Part shown: positions 1 through 9,768 of the stretch, piece after piece
How positions within the stretch are numbered: the first letter of the stretch is position 1
Layout of the letters: every line of letters starts with the position of its first letter
Source: a virus
IMG/VR virus record: IMGVR_UViG_3300033049_000020
Location: 32,001 to 96,000 of that record
Length of the DNA: 64,000 nt
Direction: 5' to 3' (one strand)
Position numbers and translations under genes: made by a program
Notes under the pieces: model-generated
The model's input: only the letters and a program-made list of their open reading frames with translations
Database searches by the model: none
Told to the model about the DNA's origin: nothing

Positions 1-113
1 ATGACGGTGTGGTAAGTATCAGAAAGACCAAAAAATCTGTCATTTCGAACCAAAAAGGTGAATAAGGCTAACTTTAATAAATATGCCGATATTTATATAC
101 AAAGCATTCTATA

Positions 114-1175
114 ATGGATAAAGAATTTATTAAAAATCGTTTAAGAAAGACTGTGGCTGAGGCTGCTGTTCCAGGCGTGACAGTAACTGATAAAACTCAG
201 ACTGCTTCAAAGAAGGAAAACGATAAAGCTTATAAGGACGTGGAGAAGAAGATGGCCAAATACGAGAAGGAAACCACCAAAGGTGCAACTGATGCGATTG
301 AAGAACCTAAGTATGAGTACGAAGGTAGTGAGGAAGAAACTCACAACGAAATGGAAATTCTAAATGGTCAAGAAATGCTTAGATACGATAATGACCCAAG
401 CAAGCGATTCAAAGAGAGAGCAATAATGGCGATTGAAGGTGATTCATTGATGGGTAATAGCCCTGAATATGCAAACGTTGTGGCTAAAGGCCAAGGCGGT
501 GACCCAGAATTCGGAAAAAAATTAGTCAGTAGAATTAAAGACTCTAGTGCAAAAAGAGACGCTGCCACTCCAGCTCTTGACCAATTTGGTGACGACATTG
601 AAGAAAAGAATGTTGGAATTAACGGTAAAAAGAGTGCAACTAAACCAGCTATAGATTCAAAGTCGGTAGCAGTGGAATCAAAAAAAGAAACAAAAAACCC
701 AATCATGGAAAACGATAAAATGAAAAGATTGAGATTCAAGAGTACATTCGATGGCGTTGAAAACGCATTGAATTTAATTCCTGAAAGCTACAGAGTAGAT
801 AACAAAGTCTTCGAAATGACTGATGGTAATGAAAATTATAGAATCAGATGGGAAGGTGACCTTAATGAAGGTACAGCAATTGTATTGAGAGCTTCTGATA
901 AAACGTTGGTTGAAGCAGATATGACACATATGCGACACCTTATGGGATTCAAGTCTGACTTGGGAATTCCTACGTCTGCCGAAAGACTACAAGAGAATGA
1001 TACGTTCTTAGAGAGTCTTAATATTTCAAGAGCATTGCTTACCGAATCTGAAGGTGAAAAGACTGAACTTATTTCTGAGGAGACAAGAGAAGCTTTTGGA
1101 CTTTTGAATGAAGAAATCGATGAAGCGGTTGAGCCAATCACTGCCGATACTGAAGTAGAAAAAAAAAAGTTGTAA
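114..1175 (+). CDS. Acidic, Glu/Lys-rich probable head/internal virion protein; possible -1 frameshift extension to 1441
   Basis: 353 aa ORF after ATATTTATA (89); several L/I-x-E motifs; ends at an A10 run containing A_AAA_AAG. Confidence 0.5.
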   Translation: MDKEFIKNRLRKTVAEAAVPGVTVTDKTQTASKKENDKAYKDVEKKMAKYEKETTKGATDAIEEPKYEYEGSEEETHNEMEILNGQEMLRYDNDPSKRFKERAIMAIEGDSLMGNSPEYANVVAKGQGGDPEFGKKLVSRIKDSSAKRDAATPALDQFGDDIEEKNVGINGKKSATKPAIDSKSVAVESKKETKNPIMENDKMKRLRFKSTFDGVENALNLIPESYRVDNKVFEMTDGNENYRIRWEGDLNEGTAIVLRASDKTLVEADMTHMRHLMGFKSDLGIPTSAERLQENDTFLESLNISRALLTESEGEKTELISEETREAFGLLNEEIDEAVEPITADTEVEKKKL

Positions 1176-1443
1176 CTGAAGTTTCCGAAAGGAAGAAGAA
1201 GGAACACGCACACGATGAGCATCATCACAGTGATTACCCTGATGGGTCTAAGTCTGACTGTTGTGGTGCTTCATTTGTTGATGGTGACCGATGCTCAGAC
1301 TGTAAAGAGCATGCTAACAAATACGAAGAAGTAAAAGAAGCTAGCGAATACGGTCACAATGGGGTAGACCCATTTATGAATGTGGGTAAAGACGGAAGCT
1401 TCAACGAGAGTTTCGAATTATTTAAAAAATTAAACAAGTAATC

Positions 1444-1767
1444 ATGAGAAGAAGAGATAAAACAAAGAATATGCTTAAAGCCAATAGAATGGCCGAACAA
1501 TATTACCTCGAATCAAAAGGTATTATAGCTGAAACTACTGTAGTTGAAGGAGCTGGTATGACACATGCGGCAGGTTTTGCTGATGGTGGAAGCGGCTTTG
1601 TAAACGGTGGAGGTATGATGAAGGAAAAAGAAGATGAGATAAAAGAATCGGACACATCAAATGGTAAGGTCGACCCTAAGTGTGAAACTTGTGGTGGGTC
1701 TGGCAGGTACGAAACCAATACTGGAAACGGTCATGATGTTGAAGCTGTTTGTCCATGTGTTAAATAA
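1444..1767 (+). CDS. Hypothetical protein with C-terminal CxxCxGxG...CxC zinc finger
   Basis: CETCGGSG...VCPC. Confidence 0.5.
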   Translation: MRRRDKTKNMLKANRMAEQYYLESKGIIAETTVVEGAGMTHAAGFADGGSGFVNGGGMMKEKEDEIKESDTSNGKVDPKCETCGGSGRYETNTGNGHDVEAVCPCVK

Positions 1768-1779
1768 TTAATTTAACTT

Positions 1780-2721
1780 ATGAGAGTAGAGAGAGGAGAT
1801 AAAGGGGCTTCCGTAAAGGAGATTCAGAAGTTATTAGGAATTAAAGCCGATGGAGATTTCGGTGGTGGTACAGAAGACGCAGTAAAGAAGTTTCAAAGAA
1901 GTAGAGGGCTAAAAGATGATGGTATCGTAGGTAATAAGACCTATGCGCTTCTAATATCCTTCACCAGCGATATTTCAGATGGTACGTTCATAGAGAACGA
2001 TGGTATTATTAATGATAGTGGTATATATACAACCACAGAGGGCTTAATCATCAACAAGTCATACTTGGATACCGATGAGTATGTTACAGACCGTGGTACG
2101 ACAGAAAAAGACACAATATTTATTCACCATACCGCAGGTAGAGCAAATCCATATAAAACGATAAAAAATTGGAACTTAGATACCAGAGGTAGAATCGCCA
2201 CCCAATATGTGATTGGCGGCATGTCATTGAATGGTAATACCGAAAATGATGGTGTTGTTGTGGAGTGTTTTCCAGACGAATATTTCGCTTGGCATTTAGG
2301 AAAAACTGGTAGTCATCATATGCATACTCATTCAGTGGGTATAGAACTAAATAACTGGGGCTATTTATATAAAGATGCTAACACTTATTACAATTATGTT
2401 GATATTGAAGTTCCTAAAGGACAAGTGGTCAAATTGACCCGAAAGTTCAACGGTAATTATTACTATCACAAATATACTGACGCTCAAATAGAATCGTTAA
2501 AATTATTAATCTACGAGATTAAGCGAAGACACCCAAAAGTAAATATTAATCTTGGATTACCACAGATGTTGATGAATATGGATAAATATGAAGCATTTGG
2601 ATTCCAGAAAGCCGCATACGATGGCGACATTAAGGGTATATTAACACACACAAATGTGCGTATAGATAAAACAGATTGTTATCCCGATGATAGGTTAGTC
2701 AGTATGTTAAATAATTTGTAA
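1780..2721 (+). CDS. Endolysin-like: peptidoglycan-binding domain plus Amidase_2 N-acetylmuramoyl-L-alanine amidase
   Basis: ADGDFGGGTEDAVKKFQ..DGIVG PG-binding repeat; IFIHHTAG, AWHLG, SVGIEL, THTN..KTD amidase motifs. Confidence 0.85.
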   Translation: MRVERGDKGASVKEIQKLLGIKADGDFGGGTEDAVKKFQRSRGLKDDGIVGNKTYALLISFTSDISDGTFIENDGIINDSGIYTTTEGLIINKSYLDTDEYVTDRGTTEKDTIFIHHTAGRANPYKTIKNWNLDTRGRIATQYVIGGMSLNGNTENDGVVVECFPDEYFAWHLGKTGSHHMHTHSVGIELNNWGYLYKDANTYYNYVDIEVPKGQVVKLTRKFNGNYYYHKYTDAQIESLKLLIYEIKRRHPKVNINLGLPQMLMNMDKYEAFGFQKAAYDGDIKGILTHTNVRIDKTDCYPDDRLVSMLNNL

Positions 2722-2771
2722 TCAAAACTATTCACTTTACGGTTAGATTGGTTATTCTTTACTCATAGCCA

Positions 2772-3230
2772 ATGGGATTATTAAAACACATCAGAACGCC
2801 TATCAGTAGGCAGAGTATAGAAATACTATACAATAGCAATAATGTAGAGTACGAGAAGGTCGTATTGTATGGAGATTTTGTTAACTCATTTGTAGACTTA
2901 GTATTAACCACCTACATGGGTGATGACGTTACCACAGACTTGCAGCAATTATACCACTTTAACTGGTGTTGGAGGAAAACCGTTAACAATTTTGAAGAAG
3001 AGGGGGTCAACTTAGGGAAGTTAGATAATGCTAGAGCTTATTTCTTAGATTTCATGATAGAGTTTTATTATAATGCTATAGATAAGAGTTTAGAATCTAC
3101 TGCGGTCACCAAGACCAGTACCTTATGGTTTCAATTGTTTGATTATATGGGAGAAAAAACTAGAGCCGATATTGACGGTTTCTTAGAAGTTTATAAACTA
3201 TTTGAAAAATCTGTCAAAGATAAGACTTGA
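2772..3230 (+). CDS. Hypothetical protein
   Basis: 152 aa ORF in gene-dense run. Confidence 0.5.
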   Translation: MGLLKHIRTPISRQSIEILYNSNNVEYEKVVLYGDFVNSFVDLVLTTYMGDDVTTDLQQLYHFNWCWRKTVNNFEEEGVNLGKLDNARAYFLDFMIEFYYNAIDKSLESTAVTKTSTLWFQLFDYMGEKTRADIDGFLEVYKLFEKSVKDKT

Positions 3231-3262
3231 TAATTGTTTTATAAGTTCGTATATTTATCACT

Positions 3263-3529
3263 ATGAGAATTTGGAATACCGTATTTACTGGATTAATACA
3301 TGAAAAAAGCAAAATTGAAAGTGATTTAGAGAGAGCTATTAATAACGATGATAATGCCGATAATAAAACTATTATCATTGGTGAACTATTAAACATGTAT
3401 GTGTTGGTAGAGGCCAAGATAGTTAAATGGGGAGATTTGAAGACTGCATACTTGCAGACTGCATACTTGCAGGCTCAGACGCCACAACAAAACGAAGAAA
3501 ATGGAGATACTGATAGCACTACTGGATAA
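3263..3529 (+). CDS. Hypothetical protein
   Basis: 88 aa ORF after ATATTTAT (3251). Confidence 0.45.
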   Translation: MRIWNTVFTGLIHEKSKIESDLERAINNDDNADNKTIIIGELLNMYVLVEAKIVKWGDLKTAYLQTAYLQAQTPQQNEENGDTDSTTG

Positions 3530-3719
3530 GATACTATTATTCATATTTTTTATGGCAACACTAAACATTATCAGGAACAGTTTTAACTTAATACAAACGT
3601 TTTTCGCTAGTACGGAAAATGATACAGTTAAATACTTGTTATCAACCAAGGAATTAATATTTTTAGGAATGTCTGTAGCATTCGTACTAATGTCAATATT
3701 CAGTGGAATAATTATTTAA
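3501..3719 (+). CDS. Small two-helix membrane protein
   Basis: Two hydrophobic segments. Confidence 0.5.
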   Translation: MEILIALLDKILLFIFFMATLNIIRNSFNLIQTFFASTENDTVKYLLSTKELIFLGMSVAFVLMSIFSGIII

Positions 3720-3724
3720 ATAAT

Positions 3725-4342
3725 ATGTTAATACAAGAAAGATTGGACGAGCTGAGTCCCTACGTTACAGCCATACAATACAGTAAAATTCCTATCATTG
3801 AAGCTGCCTTCCCAAAATCGTGGGGTGTACAAGAGCATCAGAAGATTGCGGTTAAACCAATAGAAGGTGATAATAAATTGATATTTAACTGTATTGTATA
3901 CAGCGAATTAGATGACGTATCGATAGATGATGTATTAGATTACATAGGTCAAACAATTTTAATAAATAAAGAGCGAGAAGCTAAAAAAGTGTTACTGAAA
4001 CATAAAGTGGAGGAACTAAAAGTACTTTTCAATGCCAACTCATTGACCAAGTTAGGCGACTTATATTTTGGGTTCTCGGAAGAGGATGTAGAAGATGAGT
4101 TAGAATTAGAGTTAGAATTAGAGCCAGATAAGGTAAAAGAGGAAGAGTCAGAAGTGATAGAAGAGGGTGTGGTCACGAATGCTGAATTAGATAAACGTAT
4201 TAAACAGAAAAAAAAGGAAGAGATAGTGACTAAAGTAGAGTTACCACCAAGAAAACCAGTGGCTCCAGTACTTGAAGAGTTCGTAATACCGACATGCAAC
4301 TGTGGGCAAGGACAGTCTTGCCCTGAATGTACGGATTACTAA
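3725..4342 (+). CDS. Hypothetical acidic protein with C-terminal Cys cluster
   Basis: 205 aa; CNC...CPEC. Confidence 0.5.
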   Translation: MLIQERLDELSPYVTAIQYSKIPIIEAAFPKSWGVQEHQKIAVKPIEGDNKLIFNCIVYSELDDVSIDDVLDYIGQTILINKEREAKKVLLKHKVEELKVLFNANSLTKLGDLYFGFSEEDVEDELELELELEPDKVKEEESEVIEEGVVTNAELDKRIKQKKKEEIVTKVELPPRKPVAPVLEEFVIPTCNCGQGQSCPECTDY

Positions 4343-4677
4343 GCATTAGGTCTATACTCGAACCATTCTTGAATAGTATGCATAATCCATACACATCCAG
4401 AAGTTAATATTCCATCAAGGAATATCGCAGCCCAGAACATTTCCACACCATACATTTCCATTGGCGTATGCCAACCTAATGTTTGGAATGTGGCAGACAA
4501 AAGGAATCCAACCCAAGTACCTAAACACATAGGGCAACTGAATAATTTACCAAAGAAGTTAGGGCTAAAGCTATCCCATCTCTCTCTCCATTTGTCGAAA
4601 AGTGAGCCGAATACCATAATATTAGTCCAACCGTAGGCTAGAAGCATGAATACTAATAATGTTGTGAATAATGTCAT
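4339..4677 (-). CDS. DUF1360-like membrane protein (likely start ATG 4677)
   Basis: FFGKLFSCPMCLGTWVG motif with hydrophobic helices. Confidence 0.6.
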   Translation of the reverse strand: MTLFTTLLVFMLLAYGWTNIMVFGSLFDKWRERWDSFSPNFFGKLFSCPMCLGTWVGFLLSATFQTLGWHTPMEMYGVEMFWAAIFLDGILTSGCVWIMHTIQEWFEYRPNA

Positions 4678-4732
4678 TTTGTTCTTTATTTGATTACAAA
4701 GATATTTATAAAAGACAAATAAGTAAAGAGAT

Positions 4733-5176
4733 ATGAATGTTAGAAATAATTTGAGAGGTCGACTATTTGAAGGTGACCATAAAAAAGCAGTAGGAGTATG
4801 TATCATTGCGGAAGACACCAACAAGGTCTTGTTATTACTTAGAGGGTGGACACCACACAAAGGACATTGGTCACTACTCAGTGGTGGAATGGAAGAAGGT
4901 GAGGATAAATTGGAAACACTAAAGAGGGAGATAATGGAAGAAATTAGTATAAATGCTGACGCCAAATTAGACCTTAAATACAAACATACTGAAAAGAATG
5001 TAGATGGTACTACATTTCATTACTACGAAGGCTTTACTCCTACCGAATTTATACCTAAATTGGACGGAGAGAATAAGGATTTTGGTTGGTATGATGTAAA
5101 TAACTTACCATCTCCCCTATATCCTAAGACTAAAGAAAAGATAGAAAAAGCATGTCAGAAGAACTTGGAAAAATAA
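4733..5176 (+). CDS. NUDIX hydrolase
   Basis: Nudix box GGMEEGEDKLETLKREIMEEI. Confidence 0.9.
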   Translation: MNVRNNLRGRLFEGDHKKAVGVCIIAEDTNKVLLLLRGWTPHKGHWSLLSGGMEEGEDKLETLKREIMEEISINADAKLDLKYKHTEKNVDGTTFHYYEGFTPTEFIPKLDGENKDFGWYDVNNLPSPLYPKTKEKIEKACQKNLEK

Positions 5177-5472
5177 CAGAAGTAAACCAAGAACAGATAC
5201 CAAGTCTGGTACAACACTATATTAAGAATTTTAATACCTCAGACGCCCCAATAATGGTAGAAGACGAACTTGAAACCGTTGATATGGTTAAGAATGATAT
5301 AAAATCAATTGTAATGGATACAGATAGGAAGAAAGACCTATTCATCAAAGACATTAGAAGTGACTTAGGTAAAGTAATCAAGGACAGTAAAGGTGTAGGA
5401 GTGAAAATAATTGAAAAACCTAAAGAGAATCCATTTATGAGGTTCTTAAGAAGTATATTTACAAAGTTTTAA
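5152..5472 (+). CDS. Hypothetical protein
   Basis: 106 aa ORF. Confidence 0.45.
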   Translation: MSEELGKITEVNQEQIPSLVQHYIKNFNTSDAPIMVEDELETVDMVKNDIKSIVMDTDRKKDLFIKDIRSDLGKVIKDSKGVGVKIIEKPKENPFMRFLRSIFTKF

Positions 5473-5474
5473 TA

Positions 5475-5711
5475 ATGAACTACAGATTAACATATGATGA
5501 TATTATTCAGACCGTTTCAGAGATAGTAGATAATGAGAGAATACTTAAAGATGGGTTAACTTTGACATATACTATACCAACATTTAATCATAAAAAATTA
5601 GATGAAGAATTATACTATCGACACAATCCAGAGGGTAACGGTTTTGCTCACCAAGACATCATAGAAATTGAAATTGGTGATATCAACATTGTAATTTTAA
5701 AGACTGAATAA
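5475..5711 (+). CDS. Hypothetical protein
   Basis: 78 aa ORF. Confidence 0.45.
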   Translation: MNYRLTYDDIIQTVSEIVDNERILKDGLTLTYTIPTFNHKKLDEELYYRHNPEGNGFAHQDIIEIEIGDINIVILKTE

Positions 5712-5761
5712 AAATTATCTTTCTGATTATCAGTTAGTTATAAATTATTTTTACGTTTTAC

Positions 5762-5793
5762 TTGACAGACTGAAATAAATTCGGTATCTTTGT
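5762..5793 (+). promoter_or_regulatory. Bacteroidota primary-sigma-type promoter (example; similar sites near 8203, 14250, 16091, 23960, 32887, 41828, 43747, 48516, 55606, 58862)
   Basis: TTGACA...GGTATCTTTGT matches the -33 TTTG / -7 TAnnTTTG consensus. Confidence 0.85.
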
Positions 5794-5833
5794 AATCCTA
5801 AACGGATAAACAGACATCTAAATTTTATAGGAC

Positions 5834-7288
5834 ATGAATACATTAGTTAACGCAATTAGAACAAACGACAAGACTACAGAGAATGGAATGGCAACAAACT
5901 CCACGACTCTTAGTATGTGCGTAGACCTATTCTCAAGAGTAGGTGCAATGAGAACACAAACTCCTCAAGAAGTTATTAATCTTTTCGTAAAGGCATTTGA
6001 TGAAGATGCTTTGACTGCTATGAAAATTCTTTTTTGGGCAAGAGACGTTAGAGGTGGAGCTGGCGAGAGAAGAATATCACGAGATATATTTAAGTATTTA
6101 GCTGAAAACAGAGCAACAGTTCTGGCTAAGAACCTACACTTGATTCCAGAGTTCGGAAGATGGGATGACACTATGGTGTTGTTCGGTACTCCATTGGAAG
6201 ATGCTACAATCGAAATGATTGTAAAGGCATTGAATAACAAAGAAGGTCTTTGCGCTAAGTGGATGCCACGTCCAAATGTAAAGGACGCAACTAAAAAAAG
6301 AGTTGTTAAGGCACTGAGGGATAAATTGAATTTGTCTCCAAAAGAGTACCGTAAGATGTTGGTTGAATTGACTAACGTAGTGGAAACTGCGATGTGTTCA
6401 GGAGACTGGTCATCTATCGAGTACGGGAAGATTCCATCAAAGGCAATGTCTGACTACATGAAGACGTTTGGTAAGCACGATACCGATAGGTTCGTTGCAT
6501 ACTTAGCATCTGTAGAAAAGGGTGAAGCTAAAATCAATGCTGGCGCTGTATATCCATACAACGTTGTAAATTCATTGAAGCAAGGCAACACTCAAGGGGC
6601 AAATGCTCAATGGAATGCACTTCCTAACTACTTGGAAGGTAACGCTGAAAGGTTGTTACCAGTGGTAGACGTATCGGGTTCAATGGGTTGTTTAGCTAGT
6701 GGTTCAGGGTCAGTAACATGCCTTGACGTAGCGATAAGCCTTGGACTATATGTTTCAGAAAGAAATGAAGGCGCATTTAAGGATGCATTTGTAACTTTCT
6801 CAAGCAATCCTGACCTTCAATTCCTTAAGGGGAGTTTAAGTGATAGGTACAATCAATTGTCACGTAGTCAATGGAATATGAGTACTAATATTGAAAAGGT
6901 GTTCAAACTTATCCTTGATAAGGGTATTGCTGGTAATGTTCCACAAGAACAAATGCCTACCATGATTACAATATTTAGTGACATGCAGTTTAATGCGGCA
7001 ACAAGTTCGGGTTGGGGAAACTCAGGCTCAGACTGGAACCCTACTGCGCAAAGCATGATAGAAACTATGTATGAAAATGCAGGTTATGAAGTGCCTAAGT
7101 TGGTTTACTGGAACCTACACGCTAGAAATGGTGATAGTCCAGTACAATTCGACAAGCAGGGAACTGCACTGGTAAGTGGATTTAACGTTAATCTCCTAAC
7201 AAATCTATTAGCTGGTAAGGATTTGTCTCCGTACAGTATGATGATGAGCACACTTAGTAACGATAGATATGCATCTATAGCAGTATAA
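5834..7288 (+). CDS. DUF2828-type protein: helical N-terminal domain plus vWA (Ro60/TROVE-related)
   Basis: WARDVRGGAGER, FGRWDD, AKWMPR; MIDAS VVDVSGSM; FSDMQF; YWNL; LVSGF. Confidence 0.8.
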   Translation: MNTLVNAIRTNDKTTENGMATNSTTLSMCVDLFSRVGAMRTQTPQEVINLFVKAFDEDALTAMKILFWARDVRGGAGERRISRDIFKYLAENRATVLAKNLHLIPEFGRWDDTMVLFGTPLEDATIEMIVKALNNKEGLCAKWMPRPNVKDATKKRVVKALRDKLNLSPKEYRKMLVELTNVVETAMCSGDWSSIEYGKIPSKAMSDYMKTFGKHDTDRFVAYLASVEKGEAKINAGAVYPYNVVNSLKQGNTQGANAQWNALPNYLEGNAERLLPVVDVSGSMGCLASGSGSVTCLDVAISLGLYVSERNEGAFKDAFVTFSSNPDLQFLKGSLSDRYNQLSRSQWNMSTNIEKVFKLILDKGIAGNVPQEQMPTMITIFSDMQFNAATSSGWGNSGSDWNPTAQSMIETMYENAGYEVPKLVYWNLHARNGDSPVQFDKQGTALVSGFNVNLLTNLLAGKDLSPYSMMMSTLSNDRYASIAV

Positions 7289-7301
7289 TTGGGTAGGTAG
7301 G

Positions 7302-7994
7302 TTAATCCCTACCTTTCCCATTTTTATACTTCCACTTATACTCATATGCGGTTGCTCTATCTCCTTTAGCACACCTATTAATAGACTTGGCCACCAAACC
7401 ACACTCACGCTCAACATCAGCCGCAGAATCCCACTCCCTGATTAAATCATCATCTAGAGTGTATTGTAATACGGGTATTTTCATTTTTGATAGGGCGGTA
7501 TTGGTATGTTTATTTCCGAACATAGGGTTATTAATACCGCCATTCATTTTACGATAGTTGGCTTTTTGCTCTTCAGAATGAATAGGAACGCCTGTTTTAG
7601 CTTTTGATACGTTATCTTTATGCTCCCTTGACAACGGCACCCCTTTTAATTTGTCCGATACTTTTTTTCTTGATAATGGATTAGACATTGGATTGGAATC
7701 GCCACCATCAGTCATATTTTTAAGTTTAAACCCCCACGACCTGAATTGTGCTATCCAATACTGCTCCAACCACTCCCATTCTCCGTATACTTCGTCTATA
7801 ATGTCCATTTTCGGTTCTACCCCCTCCTTCAATAGTGATTTAATCCAATTACATGATAAATTATTACGCCTTTTGGTTTTGGCGTCCTTGAGGTGTCCCT
7901 TTAACCGACCTTCGGGTGTTATGGTTTTACCGACATATTTCACTATATTAGTTCTAGGGTCTGATAACGTATAAATATATGTTAATTCTTCCAT
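7302..7994 (-). CDS. GIY-YIG homing endonuclease with NUMOD DNA-binding repeats
   Basis: YIYTL...YVGKT, R..H, E..WI, NMTDGG; C-terminal ..YKWKY. Confidence 0.85.
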   Translation of the reverse strand: MEELTYIYTLSDPRTNIVKYVGKTITPEGRLKGHLKDAKTKRRNNLSCNWIKSLLKEGVEPKMDIIDEVYGEWEWLEQYWIAQFRSWGFKLKNMTDGGDSNPMSNPLSRKKVSDKLKGVPLSREHKDNVSKAKTGVPIHSEEQKANYRKMNGGINNPMFGNKHTNTALSKMKIPVLQYTLDDDLIREWDSAADVERECGLVAKSINRCAKGDRATAYEYKWKYKNGKGRD

Positions 7995-8137
7995 TCGTCA
8001 ATGTGTTTCGATAGTATTAATTCTATTAATTTAGATTTATTCTTAGATAAGTGAGCTAATTTACCATTTAGTTCCCTAGATAGAGTAATACTTAGCTTTA
8101 TTTTAGTTTCTTCTGTTGGTAGTGATTTCTTACTCAT
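7982..8137 (-). CDS. 51 aa ribbon-helix-helix (CopG-like) protein, not in ORF track
   Basis: MSKKSLPTEETKIKLSITLSRELNGKLAHLSKNKSKLIELILSKHIDEWKN; minus-strand ATATTTAT upstream (about 8154-8161). Confidence 0.6.
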   Translation of the reverse strand: MSKKSLPTEETKIKLSITLSRELNGKLAHLSKNKSKLIELILSKHIDEWKN

Positions 8138-8250
8138 ATTATTCGTCTTTATAATAAATATGTAGATAAACTATAAAAGTAGTATAAAAGTAGTATAAAT
8201 ATTTGACAAATCGGAAATAAATGTGTATCTTTGTATATAATATAAAAATA

Positions 8251-8370
8251 CTGGTAAGTGGATTCTCTCCAGCATTGCTTAAGGCATTGTTGGCTGGAAC
8301 AACCATGACTCCAGAGTCAATGATGTATGATGTCATCGGTGCCGATAGGTACGATGTCGTAACGGTATAG
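8251..8370 (+). pseudogene. Displaced alternative C-terminus of the DUF2828/vWA gene
   Basis: LVSGFSPALLKALLAGTTMTPESMMYDVIGADRYDVVTV* aligns without gaps to 7169-7288. Confidence 0.85.
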
Positions 8371-8415
8371 TTTAACGACTGACAGACGCCCTGATACGGG
8401 TTAAGGTATCCATAA

Positions 8416-8447
8416 AGGTGAGATTTCGCAAGATTTCTCACCTTTTC
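8416..8447 (+). terminator. Intrinsic terminator
   Basis: AAGGTGAGA...TCTCACCTT followed by T run. Confidence 0.6.
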
Positions 8448-8759
8448 TGTGTATTCTACTTTACTATCTCATTATTTTTGTGTAACGTTAAAGTATAAAA
8501 CAAAGATAATGAAGATAATAGTGAAAAATAGCGATAGGCTAGTGAGCACATTCCATGAAGATAAAGTAATGGATGAGTACTTAGTTTATTTAATGGATGA
8601 GGATGTAAAGGTATCCGTAGATATGGTTTATGGTGATGAGGCTAAGAATAGACTAATAGATAAATTACTTGAGGATAATTACGAATCCTTTGGTAAATAC
8701 TTCCTAAACGATGTTATCGAAGAGGTAGCATTTGAGGATTTTAATAAACAATACATATA

Positions 8760-9062
8760 ATGGAAAAATCAACACCAACAACACTTGTTTTCTACTTAGA
8801 CAGAGAGCTAATGTCCAATGCCGATATATTCATGCCTTACAGCGAGTTCATAAATGAAATGCTTGCCGAGAAGAGTGATAATATGATGGCAATATTCATG
8901 CCTACAGATGGTAATGAAAGAGTGGACTGTATTAACCCTGTTATGTATCAAGAAGCTGATATGGATAAATTTAATGCTATCCTTAATGACATTAAAGAGA
9001 ATTTTCAAGTAGGTGAAAATATGGGTGAAAATATGGGTGAAGATGCTACCAAAGATGACTAA
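8760..9062 (+). CDS. Hypothetical protein
   Basis: 100 aa ORF coupled to upstream ORF ending at 8760. Confidence 0.45.
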   Translation: MEKSTPTTLVFYLDRELMSNADIFMPYSEFINEMLAEKSDNMMAIFMPTDGNERVDCINPVMYQEADMDKFNAILNDIKENFQVGENMGENMGEDATKDD

Positions 9063-9340
9063 CTTAGTTTTTGAAGACCCACGAATTGAGTTTGATAGAT
9101 ATTACTATCTTGATGGTGAAACACTACAATCAGTGGTAAAGAATGATGTAAAACTAGAAGTCTTATATTTTGTGATAACCACCAAGGTGAATAGGTTCAA
9201 CGACCCTATATTTAGATTCGGTAAATTTAAGGATATTTCTGGTTATTACCGACTTATTCCTTTCATAGACTCAACTAGTTGGTATTATTATCCATACTTT
9301 CTTAAACATAACGTGAAGAAAAAACTAAAAGAATTAGAGA

Positions 9341-9748
9341 ATGAGTAAGAAGATTTTATTGTGTGATATAGACGGAACCATTTGTGAAGATATACCTAAT
9401 GAAGAGATGGAACGAATGGCCACGGCTGAAGCGTTCCCAGATGCTAAAGAAAGACTGAATAAATGGTATGATGAAGGAGATGAAATTCATTTCTTCACAT
9501 CCCGTACCGATGACATGCGAGAGATAACTGAAACATGGCTCAAAGCTAACGGTTTTAAATATCATACACTAATCATGAATAAACCTAGAATCAAAGATGA
9601 TGAGGTTTACATGTGGATTGACAATAAGCCTGTTAAAGGTATAACACATAAAGGTAGGTGGACTGCCTTAGTAAAGAAGACCATCCAAATTGAGGAGTTT
9701 GCTACGCAAGCTGATTTTGACGCATATGAGGCAGAAGCGGAAGATTGA
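9341..9748 (+). CDS. Capless HAD-family phosphatase
   Basis: CDIDGT, FTSR, MNKP, WIDN. Confidence 0.8.
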   Translation: MSKKILLCDIDGTICEDIPNEEMERMATAEAFPDAKERLNKWYDEGDEIHFFTSRTDDMREITETWLKANGFKYHTLIMNKPRIKDDEVYMWIDNKPVKGITHKGRWTALVKKTIQIEEFATQADFDAYEAEAED

Positions 9749-9768
9749 TAAGGGAGTATGTGAATGCT

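Noticed and set aside
368-1228. Antisense ORFs overlapping long + strand genes throughout the window
   Set aside because: Shadow frames of codon-biased genes, without motifs or promoters.
3441-3472. Short in-frame tandem duplications (TAYLQ x2; also GENM near 9012 and ELELEL near 4097)
   Set aside because: Ordinary slippage repeats in low-complexity tails.
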